Shown here: positions 27,560 through 33,645 of the stretch, in pieces
How positions within the stretch are numbered: the first letter of the stretch is position 1
Layout: each line of letters opens with the position of its first letter
DNA from: Acutalibacteraceae bacterium
GTDB lineage: Bacteria; Bacillota; Clostridia; Oscillospirales; Acutalibacteraceae
NCBI GenBank assembly: GCA_045128715.1
Contig: JBGVRU010000017.1
Location: 18,909-82,908, forward strand
DNA: 64,000 nucleotides
Direction: 5' to 3'
The notes under the pieces: generated by a model
The model's database searches: none
What the model was told of the DNA's origin: nothing
The model's input: only the letters and a program-made list of their open reading frames with translations
Program-made: the position numbers and the translations under genes

Positions 27560-28312
27560 ATGGATTTAGTATTACTTACAGCTCTCGGTGTAGGCGGAGC
27601 TACTGTAATTGGTTCATTAATAGGATTTTTGTTTAAGAAAATTTCTCATAAGTTTTCGGATATCGTACTGTCTTTTGCGGCGGGTGTTATGCTGTCTGCC
27701 GCTGTGTTGGGACTGATTTTGCCCTCCTTAAATTATGGTGGAAAGTTTGGTCTGTTAATTACGGTCACAGGAATTTTTGTCGGAGCTTTATGCCTTGATA
27801 TCATAGATAAGTTAGTACCTCATCTACATAAGCTTGTCGGCACTGATACCGAGCCGCATAATAATGCAAATTTGAGCAAGGTTTTACTTTTTGTAACCGC
27901 TATTGCCATACACAATTTGCCGGAGGGTATTGCTGCAGGTGTAGGCTTCGGTTCAGGCGATACATCACAAGCACTTATTATTGCGGGCGGTATCGCACTG
28001 CAAAATATACCTGAGGGTATGGTCATTATAGGTCCGATGTTGGCGGCAGGCGTAACACCGAAAAAGACCTTTATATGTGCTATGATAACAGGACTAATGG
28101 AGGTGCTCGGTACACTTGTCGGCTATTTTGCGGTAAGTATTGCATCAGCAATCCTCCCGTTTGCTCTAAGCTTTGCAGGCGGAACTATGCTTTATGTAAT
28201 CAGCGATGAAATGATCCCCGAAACCCACGCTCACGGAAATGAGAGAGGAGCCACTTATGCGCTTTTGGTAGGTTTTTGCGTAATGCTTATAACTGATGTG
28301 TTACTTGGTTGA
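27560..28312 (+). CDS. ZIP family divalent metal transporter (ZupT-like)
   Basis: HNLPEGIAAG and QNIPEGM motifs; 8 TM segments; 250 aa. Confidence 0.8.
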   Translation: MDLVLLTALGVGGATVIGSLIGFLFKKISHKFSDIVLSFAAGVMLSAAVLGLILPSLNYGGKFGLLITVTGIFVGALCLDIIDKLVPHLHKLVGTDTEPHNNANLSKVLLFVTAIAIHNLPEGIAAGVGFGSGDTSQALIIAGGIALQNIPEGMVIIGPMLAAGVTPKKTFICAMITGLMEVLGTLVGYFAVSIASAILPFALSFAGGTMLYVISDEMIPETHAHGNERGATYALLVGFCVMLITDVLLG

Positions 28313-28352
28313 TGTTTTGATTAAAATTTCTTATTGATTTATTTAAAAAAGA

Positions 28353-28381
28353 TTGACATAGTGTATAAATTGATTTATAAT
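28353..28381 (+). promoter_or_regulatory. consensus sigma-A promoter (TTGACA-17-TATAAT)
   Basis: TTGACA at 28353-28358, TATAAT at 28376-28381. Confidence 0.7.
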
Positions 28382-28398
28382 ATTATGTAGAAAATTCA

Positions 28399-28435
28399 AG
28401 TGCACTTGATTCCTTTGGTTAAGTGCACTATTTTT
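28399..28435 (+). promoter_or_regulatory. leader element: two copies of the palindrome AGTGCACT, able to form an 8-bp hairpin followed by a T-run
   Basis: AGTGCACT at 28399-28406 and 28422-28429, followed by ATTTTTAT. Lies between the promoter and the 28457 start codon. Confidence 0.5.
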
Positions 28436-28456
28436 ATGTAAACGGAGGTATAGAAA

Positions 28457-29569
28457 ATGCCAAAGACTAACATTGTCGATTGGAAGACCATTACTGATTT
28501 TGTTATTGACTCATTTGTTGGTTACGGAGTTCCCCGTGCAGATGCTGAAATCTGTGCAGACGTTCTTTTAGAGTCAGATAAGAGAGGTATTGAGTCACAC
28601 GGTGTTAACCGTTTTAAGCCCGTTTATCTTGACAGAATTAAGGCTGGTATTCAGCAGGCTGTTACCGAAATTGAAATCGTTAAGGAAACCCCCACCACCG
28701 CTGTTATCGACGGTCATCACGGTATGGGTCAGGTAATCGGACATAAGGCTATGAGTATGGCTATCGCTAAAGCTAAGGAATACGGTATGGGTATGGTTGT
28801 TGTTCGTAATTCCTGCCACTATGGTATTGCAGGCTATTACACCTCTATGGCAACTGCTGCTGGCTGTATCGGTATGACAGGTACTAACGCACGTCCCTCT
28901 GTTGCCCCTACACACGGTGTTGAGGGTATGTTCGGTACTAACCCCTTTACCATCGGTGTTCCTACTGATGAGGCTTTCGATTTTAACTTTGACTGCGCTA
29001 CCTCTATCACCCAAAACGGTAAGGTAGAATATTATGAGAGAATAGGTGAAGCTGTTCATCCAGGTACCATAATCGGTAGCGACGGTTCTGCTGTTGAGGG
29101 CGACGCGGGTGTTGCTCTTAAAAAAATTCGTAATGGTACTGCTGCGCTTACCACCCTTGGCGGTATCGGTGAGGATTTAGGCGGTTACAAGGGTTACGGC
29201 TTTGCTTTAGCAGTTGAATTCTTTTCATCCATACTTCAGGATGGTGCTTACGGTAAGGATCTTGACGGTAAGGATAAAAACGGAAACATCCGTCCTTATC
29301 AACTCGGTCACTGGTTCATTGCTATTGATACCAATCATTTCTTAGGTGAAGACCTTGCCCGTAAAAAGGCAGGCGAGATCACTCGCAGTATCCGCGCTTC
29401 AAAAAAGGCCCCCGGTGCTGAGAGAATTTACACCGCAGGAGAAAAAGAATATGAGATCCGTCTTGCACGTAAAGACGGTGTGCCTATTAATGAGTCTGTT
29501 CAAAAAGAAATTATTGAGGTACGTGACTCATTAGGACTAACGCAGTATAAATTTCCTTGGGAGGATTAA
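28457..29569 (+). CDS. Ldh_2 family (malate/L-lactate/L-sulfolactate-type) NAD(P)-dependent oxidoreductase
   Basis: GIESHGVNRF, HHGMGQV, NSCHYGIAGYY and GTNPF motifs are characteristic of the type-2 malate/L-lactate dehydrogenase family. Confidence 0.75.
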   Translation: MPKTNIVDWKTITDFVIDSFVGYGVPRADAEICADVLLESDKRGIESHGVNRFKPVYLDRIKAGIQQAVTEIEIVKETPTTAVIDGHHGMGQVIGHKAMSMAIAKAKEYGMGMVVVRNSCHYGIAGYYTSMATAAGCIGMTGTNARPSVAPTHGVEGMFGTNPFTIGVPTDEAFDFNFDCATSITQNGKVEYYERIGEAVHPGTIIGSDGSAVEGDAGVALKKIRNGTAALTTLGGIGEDLGGYKGYGFALAVEFFSSILQDGAYGKDLDGKDKNGNIRPYQLGHWFIAIDTNHFLGEDLARKKAGEITRSIRASKKAPGAERIYTAGEKEYEIRLARKDGVPINESVQKEIIEVRDSLGLTQYKFPWED

Positions 29570-29571
29570 AA

Positions 29572-30744
29572 ATGGATATAAGACAAGAATCACTTAAAAA
29601 ACATTATGAGTGGAACGGTAAAATTGAAGTTATTTCTCGTGCGCCCATAGATTCAAAAGAAGACCTTTCTCTTGCATACACTCCTGGTGTTGCAGAGCCC
29701 TGTCTTGAAATAAATAAGGACATAAATAAATCTTACGAGCTTACCCGCCGTTCAAACCTTGTTGCAGTTATTACTGACGGTACAGCAATTTTAGGTCTTG
29801 GTGACATTGGCCCCGAGGCAGGTATGCCTGTAATGGAGGGTAAATGTGCTCTCTTTAAAGCTTTTGCTGATGTTGACGCATTCCCTCTTTGCATAAAATC
29901 AAAGGATGTTGATGAGATTGTACGCACAATATATCTGCTTTCAGGTAGCTTTGGCGGAATCAATCTTGAGGATATTTCAGCACCCCGCTGCTTTGAAATT
30001 GAGCAAAAATTAAAGGAAATCTGCGATATTCCGATTTTCCATGACGACCAGCACGGTACTGCTATAGTTGTTGCTGCAGCACTTATCAATGCTTTAAAGC
30101 TTGTTAAAAAGCAGATAGGCGATGTTAAGGTTGTTATCAATGGTGCAGGCTCTGCAGGTATTGCTATTGGCAAGCACCTTATGAATATGGGCGTTAAAAA
30201 CCTCACCTTCTGTGACCGCTTCGGTATCATATGTGAGGGTGATGAAAACAATAACCCTGCTCAGGAAGAAATTTCAAAGGTTACTAACCTTGAGCATAAA
30301 AAAGGTACACTTGCTGATGCACTAATGGGCGCTGATGTATTTATAGGTGTTTCTGCTCCTAACCTTGTAACTCCCGAGATGGTAAAATCAATGGCTAACG
30401 ATGCTATTATGTTCCCTATGGCTAACCCAACACCTGAAATTATGCCTGATGTTGCAAAGAAAGCAGGAGCAAGAGTTGTGGGTACAGGACGTTCTGATTT
30501 TCCAAACCAGATTAACAATGTTTTAGCTTTCCCAGGTATATTCCGCGGTGCGCTTGATTGCCGAGCAACCTGCATTAATGAGGAAATGAAGGTTGCAACC
30601 TCTTTTGCATTGGCATCTCTTATTCCTGATGATGAAATTACAGAGGAAAATATCATTGCTCCCGCACTTGATAAAAGAGTAGCGCAGGTTGTTGCCGAGG
30701 CTGTTGTAAAAACTGCCAAGGAAACAGGTGTAGCAAGAATTTAA
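29572..30744 (+). CDS. NAD(P)-dependent malic enzyme (short, MaeB-N-type)
   Basis: LAYTPGVA, DGTAILGLGDIG, FGGINLEDI, FHDDQHGTA and GAGSAG motifs. ATG 29572 follows RBS GGGAGGA. Confidence 0.85.
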   Translation: MDIRQESLKKHYEWNGKIEVISRAPIDSKEDLSLAYTPGVAEPCLEINKDINKSYELTRRSNLVAVITDGTAILGLGDIGPEAGMPVMEGKCALFKAFADVDAFPLCIKSKDVDEIVRTIYLLSGSFGGINLEDISAPRCFEIEQKLKEICDIPIFHDDQHGTAIVVAAALINALKLVKKQIGDVKVVINGAGSAGIAIGKHLMNMGVKNLTFCDRFGIICEGDENNNPAQEEISKVTNLEHKKGTLADALMGADVFIGVSAPNLVTPEMVKSMANDAIMFPMANPTPEIMPDVAKKAGARVVGTGRSDFPNQINNVLAFPGIFRGALDCRATCINEEMKVATSFALASLIPDDEITEENIIAPALDKRVAQVVAEAVVKTAKETGVARI

Positions 30745-30762
30745 TCCTTTATTTAAATAAAG

Positions 30763-30793
30763 CTGTCTTACTTGAATGTGAGGCAGTTTTTTT
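30763..30793 (+). terminator. rho-independent terminator after the malic enzyme gene
   Basis: CTGTCTTAC / GTGAGGCAG (9 bp including 2 G-U pairs) followed by TTTTTTT. Confidence 0.65.
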
Positions 30794-30801
30794 ATATAAC
30801 C

Positions 30802-30830
30802 TTGCATTTTATAAAAATATGTGGTAAAAT
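30802..30830 (+). promoter_or_regulatory. promoter (TTGCAT-17-TAAAAT, extended -10 TGg)
   Basis: Hexamers at 30802-30807 and 30825-30830. Confidence 0.5.
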
Positions 30831-30837
30831 AACTAAT

Positions 30838-30951
30838 GCCAAACAAAATTTAAAAGTCATACGTATAGGTATTTGTATTATTATTTTGGTAAAAATACAA
30901 ATGCTCTATTTCTGCATTTACTTGTACGTGTGATGTTAGATTTTGTTTGGC
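30838..30951 (+). promoter_or_regulatory. about 115-nt rod-like leader structure (nested long-range helices)
   Basis: GCCAAACAAAAT (30838-49) pairs with ATTTTGTTTGGC (30940-51). GTCATACGTA (30856-65) pairs with TACGTGTGAT (30925-34, 2 G-U). An inner GTATTTGTA / TACAAATGC hairpin is also present. Confidence 0.5.
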
Positions 30952-30975
30952 GACAGTAGAGCTATGTGTTTTTCG

Positions 30976-31002
30976 GTGCGTGGCTTTGCTGCGCACTTTT
31001 TT
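30976..31002 (+). terminator. terminator-like hairpin in the leader, just upstream of the micro-ORF RBS
   Basis: GTGCGTGG / CTGCGCAC (8 bp, 2 wobble pairs) followed by TTTTTT; RBS AGGAGGG follows at 31008. Confidence 0.4.
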
Positions 31003-31024
31003 AATTTAGGAGGGAAGTAAAAAA

Positions 31025-31162
31025 ATGGCAGAAAATAAATCACCTGACTACAAGCAGATGTATTTAACACTATTGAATGAAGTTGAAAATACAATACAAA
31101 AACTCATTGGTGCTCAAAATGCTTGTGAGGAAATTTACATAGATACGGATGGCGAGGAATAA
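31025..31162 (+). CDS. 45-aa acidic micro-protein (MAENKSPDYKQMYLTLLNEVENTIQKLIGAQNACEEIYIDTDGEE)
   Basis: Below the ORF-track size cut-off. My translation gives ATG 31025 after RBS AGGAGGG and TAA at 31160-31162. The unit has its own promoter, leader and downstream terminator. Confidence 0.45.
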   Translation: MAENKSPDYKQMYLTLLNEVENTIQKLIGAQNACEEIYIDTDGEE

Positions 31163-31206
31163 ACTGCACTGTTGATTTTATGGAAAATGACAGGGCAGTT
31201 ATTTTT
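31162..31206 (+). terminator. rho-independent terminator after the micro-ORF
   Basis: AACTGCACTG / CAGGGCAGTT (one mismatch) followed by ATTTTTA. Confidence 0.55.
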
Positions 31207-31213
31207 ATGATAC

Positions 31214-31242
31214 TTGAATTTATAAATGAATTGTGCTATATT
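31214..31242 (+). promoter_or_regulatory. promoter of the SPFH gene (TTGAAT-17-TATATT)
   Basis: Hexamers at 31214-31219 and 31237-31242. Confidence 0.5.
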
Positions 31243-31271
31243 AAATATATAAAGTTTCAGGAGGAATTTTA

Positions 31272-32063
31272 ATGACAAAGGCTAAAAAAATATCTAAAAT
31301 TGCTATTATTGCTGTCGCTGTAATTTTTACAGTTATTGTGATTTCAAATTGCTTTACCGTTGTTGATGCAGGTCACACAGGTGTTGTTGTGACTTTAGGT
31401 AAGGTGAATGAGGGTGTTCTGCAGGAAGGACTTCATTTAAAAGCTCCTTTTGTTCAGAAAATAGTTAAGATAGATAATCGTATTGTTAAGCTTGAGGTTG
31501 ATACTGAAGCTTTTTCAAAGGACTTACAGACAGTTGAAACTACACTTGCAATCAATTATCGAGTGGATACATCTAAATCCTACAGTATTTACAAAAATAT
31601 TGGTGCTCAGTATGAAAATGTTCTGTTAGTTCCTGCTGTTAATGAGGTTTTAAAGGCTATCACGTCGCAGTATACCGCTGAGGAAAGCGTTACAAATCGT
31701 TCCCTTATTTCAGACGGACTTATCGACGGTCTTAATGATAAGCTCAATAATATCGGCCTTTATGTAACCGATGTTAATATTATTAATTTTGATTTTTCAG
31801 ATGCTTTTATTACCGCTATTGAAGAAAAACAGGTTGCTCAACAGCAATTACTTAAAGCAGAGACTGAGAAGCAGACTGCTATCACCAACGCAGAAGCAGA
31901 AGCCGAAACCACAAGAATTAAAGCTGAAGCCGAGGCAGAAGCAAATAATAAAATTAAGTCTTCTCTTAACGAGGATGTTATTCGTTCTAAGTTTTATGAA
32001 AAATGGAACGGTGAGCTTCCTCAGGCAATGGGAAGTGATTCAATTATAACCAGCTTAGAATAA
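31272..32063 (+). CDS. SPFH/band-7 (prohibitin-like) domain membrane protein
   Basis: N-terminal TM helix; GHTGVVVTLGKV...GLHLKAPFVQKI SPFH core; C-terminal alanine/glutamate-rich coiled coil AEAEAETTRIKAEAEAEA. Confidence 0.8.
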   Translation: MTKAKKISKIAIIAVAVIFTVIVISNCFTVVDAGHTGVVVTLGKVNEGVLQEGLHLKAPFVQKIVKIDNRIVKLEVDTEAFSKDLQTVETTLAINYRVDTSKSYSIYKNIGAQYENVLLVPAVNEVLKAITSQYTAEESVTNRSLISDGLIDGLNDKLNNIGLYVTDVNIINFDFSDAFITAIEEKQVAQQQLLKAETEKQTAITNAEAEAETTRIKAEAEAEANNKIKSSLNEDVIRSKFYEKWNGELPQAMGSDSIITSLE

Positions 32064-32067
32064 TTAA

Positions 32068-32295
32068 TTAAAAAACACAATAGGTTTGACAGGCAAGAGT
32101 CGACTTCATTACGGTTTCAACTCTTACTTGCCAAACCTCTTTTTCAGATATAATAATATTAACTTTATGTATTCCCTTCCCTATTGCTTCAACAAAATTA
32201 TGCGTAAATACATTTTTAATTTGATCTATCTCTTTTTGAAAAGTTTGCAAATATAATTTTACATCTGAAAATCTTATGTTCAGTATTTTCATCAT
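32068..32295 (-). CDS. doubtful 75-aa ORF (possible gene remnant)
   Basis: Track ORF only. Its 3' third is made of the SPFH terminator hairpin, and I recognise no RBS or family. Confidence 0.15.
   Translation of the reverse strand: MMKILNIRFSDVKLYLQTFQKEIDQIKNVFTHNFVEAIGKGIHKVNIIISEKEVWQVRVETVMKSTLACQTYCVF
32082..32145 (+). terminator. long-stem terminator after the SPFH gene
   Basis: AGGTTTGACAGGCAAGAGT / ACTCTTACTTGCCAAACCT followed by CTTTTTC. Confidence 0.65.
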
Positions 32296-32313
32296 TTTAA
32301 TGTTTTAAAACAC

Positions 32314-32342
32314 TTGACGGCAATTGTTTTAAATGATATAAT
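32314..32342 (+). promoter_or_regulatory. promoter of tRNA-Arg(CCU) (TTGACG-17-TATAAT)
   Basis: Hexamers at 32314-32319 and 32337-32342. Confidence 0.65.
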
Positions 32343-32371
32343 CAATTTCACAGTTTTAAAAATTAATATTC

Positions 32372-32446
32372 GCCCCCTTAGTTAAATGGACATAATAAAC
32401 CCCTCCTAAGGGTTAGTTGTGCGTTCGATTCGCGCAGGGGGTGCCA
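32372..32446 (+). tRNA. tRNA-Arg (anticodon CCU), CCA encoded
   Basis: Acceptor GCCCCCT/AGGGGGT, anticodon arm AACCC-CTCCTAA-GGGTT, T-arm GTGCG-TTCGATT-CGCGC, terminal GCCA. Confidence 0.85.
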
Positions 32447-32447
32447 A

Positions 32448-32487
32448 AAGAACACCGCAAGGATTCAGTCCTTGCGGTGTTCTTTTG
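32448..32487 (+). terminator. rho-independent terminator after tRNA-Arg(CCU)
   Basis: 16-bp stem AAGAACACCGCAAGGA / TCCTTGCGGTGTTCTT followed by TT. Confidence 0.8.
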
Positions 32488-32514
32488 TTCCATAATTATT
32501 CATATCAATAATAA

Positions 32515-32730
32515 CATGAGATACATACACATATATGTTTACTCCCACAGTTTTAAGTGATATTGTGCCGATGGCTCAGTGATATTTTTACTTCGTGAAA
32601 GTGATATTATATTCGCCCTAAAACTCACGAAGCGAATATGACTTTTTTGTAATATCACTGTGAAGCAATATAACTCGTATTTGGCGCATATAACTGAAAA
32701 ACCTACAAGTCGAAACTTGTCGGTTTTTTG
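32515..32730 (+). ncRNA. candidate structured non-coding RNA/element (AGTGATATT repeats, pseudoknot-capable core, own terminator)
   Basis: No ORF longer than 14 aa. AGTGATATT at 32556, 32578 and 32600, with an inverted copy at 32651-32659. Helices CTTCGTGA(32591-98)/TCACGAAG(32625-32) and ATATTCGC(32609-16)/GCGAATAT(32632-39) interleave. Terminator at 32701-32729. Strand and ends are uncertain. Confidence 0.35.
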
Positions 32731-32766
32731 AAAAGGGTGTACGAATTCGATGCCCTTTTATTTTTT
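32731..32766. terminator. second hairpin (AAAAGGG/CCCTTTT with a CGAATTCG loop) between convergent units
   Basis: 7-bp stem followed by a T-run on the plus strand. On the minus strand it lies downstream of the TIGR04076-like gene. Confidence 0.5.
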
Positions 32767-32821
32767 CACCTATGTGTTCGAACCCCTACATATTTTAAGA
32801 TAGTGTTTGATGAATAAATTT

Positions 32822-33153
32822 TCAGTCTTTTGGTCTGGGACCATTGGGCAGACGGTTTCCATTTTCATCACGGTTAATGGGAGTTGCTTTGAGATGAAAT
32901 TGTATACATCCATCAGCACAAGGAATATTCATTTCATATTTTTCTTTTTCTCCTCTATATGTAAAGTCACCACCACATCGAATGACTTCACACCATGTGT
33001 ATACTTTTATCATTGTTTTAGGACACATTCCAGCAGGACATTCATAGGAAAAAACAAATTTGTCTCCTTTTTCCAAACCGAGCCTACAATGTCCTGCTTT
33101 TCCCGATATTCGGTTAATTCAAATTGCCAATCTTCAGTACACCATTTTTGCAA
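32822..33153 (-). pseudogene. TIGR04076-family small Cys-rich protein, apparently frameshifted
   Basis: RBS GGAGGA plus TTG 33153 gives (M)QKWCTEDWQFELTEY..., which runs out of family-like sequence. The C-terminal 84 aa (track ORF 32822-33076: GDKFVFSYECPAGMCPKTM...RCGGDF) continue upstream in another frame as INRISGKAGHCRLGLEKGDKF, back to a TGA at 33119-33121. A 1-nt frame change near 33110-33121 is needed to join the two parts. Confidence 0.55.
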
Positions 33154-33190
33154 ATAAATATCCTCCGTCAAATTTTTATTCGTTGGTTAA

Positions 33191-33219
33191 ATTATACCAT
33201 AAGTTATATTTATAATCAA
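33191..33219 (-). promoter_or_regulatory. promoter of the TIGR04076-like gene (TTGATT-17-TATAAT, extended -10 TGg)
   Basis: Reverse complement reads TTGATT ataaatataacttatgg TATAAT. It abuts the hairpin/12-mer array. Confidence 0.6.
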
Positions 33220-33220
33220 C

Positions 33221-33437
33221 GCTTTGCGAAGCAAAGCACATTAATTATCACGGCGAAGCCGTGTATATCATCAATTCCATAAGGAATTGCATATCATCAA
33301 AGCGGAACGCTTTGTATATCATCATTGCAAAAGAATTTTTGATGCACACCTGAAGGTGTGATGAGATACAAGGGCGGTAAAACCGCCCTTGATGATATAC
33401 AGCCTAACGGCTGATGATATACCATTGCTTTCGCAAT
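33221..33437. repeat. array of 8-9 short perfect hairpins of differing sequence, alternating with a conserved 12-mer (3 direct TGTATATCATCA-type, 3 inverted TGATGATATACA-type)
   Basis: 12-mers at 33262-73, 33288-99 and 33313-24 (direct) and at 33359-70, 33390-401 and 33412-23 (inverted). Hairpins at 33221-37, 33251-61, 33274-87, 33300-12, 33345-60, 33371-89, 33402-11 and 33424-37. Confidence 0.8.
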
Positions 33438-33441
33438 GGAT

Positions 33442-33477
33442 AAAAAAATTCGACTTGTCGAAACAAGTCGAATTTTT
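33442..33477 (-). terminator. rho-independent terminator after tRNA-Arg(UCU)
   Basis: AAATTCGACTTGT / ACAAGTCGAATTT stem flanked by A/T runs, immediately 3' of the tRNA. Confidence 0.75.
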
Positions 33478-33554
33478 TGGCACGCTGAAAGGGACTCGAA
33501 CCCCCGACCCTCTGCTTAGAAGGCAGATGCTCTATCCAGCTGAGCTATCAGCGC
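33478..33554 (-). tRNA. tRNA-Arg (anticodon UCU), CCA encoded
   Basis: Reverse complement reads GCGCTGA-TA-GCTCAGCTGGATAGAGC-A-TCTGC-CTTCTAA-GCAGA-GGGTC-GGGGG-TTCGAGT-CCCTT-TCAGCGT-G-CCA. Confidence 0.9.
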
Positions 33555-33589
33555 AAATAGAAATTAATCACATTTACACAACGTTTAGG

Positions 33590-33618
33590 ATTATATCATA
33601 TTATTTGAGAAAAGGCAA
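33590..33618 (-). promoter_or_regulatory. promoter of tRNA-Arg(UCU) (TTGCCT-17-TATAAT)
   Basis: Reverse complement reads TTGCCT tttctcaaataatatga TATAAT. Confidence 0.6.
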
Positions 33619-33645
33619 GTGTTTTTGTGATTAATTTTTATTTTT

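Noticed and set aside
28595-30846. Antisense ORFs inside the Ldh_2 and malic enzyme genes (28595-29059, 29733-30251, 30261-30719, 30523-30846), and similar ones inside addB/addA, the EIIC-like gene, rel, recJ, uvrA and uvrB
   Set aside because: Each is fully embedded opposite a gene with strong family motifs. They have a typical shadow-ORF appearance and no independent signals.
33221-33437. Possible CRISPR array
   Set aside because: The repeats are only 12 nt long. The 'spacers' are 10-19 nt and are each self-complementary. Half of the repeats are inverted. No cas genes are in the window.
33389-33634. Track ORF 33389-33634 (+)
   Set aside because: It runs antisense across tRNA-Arg(UCU), its terminator and its promoter.
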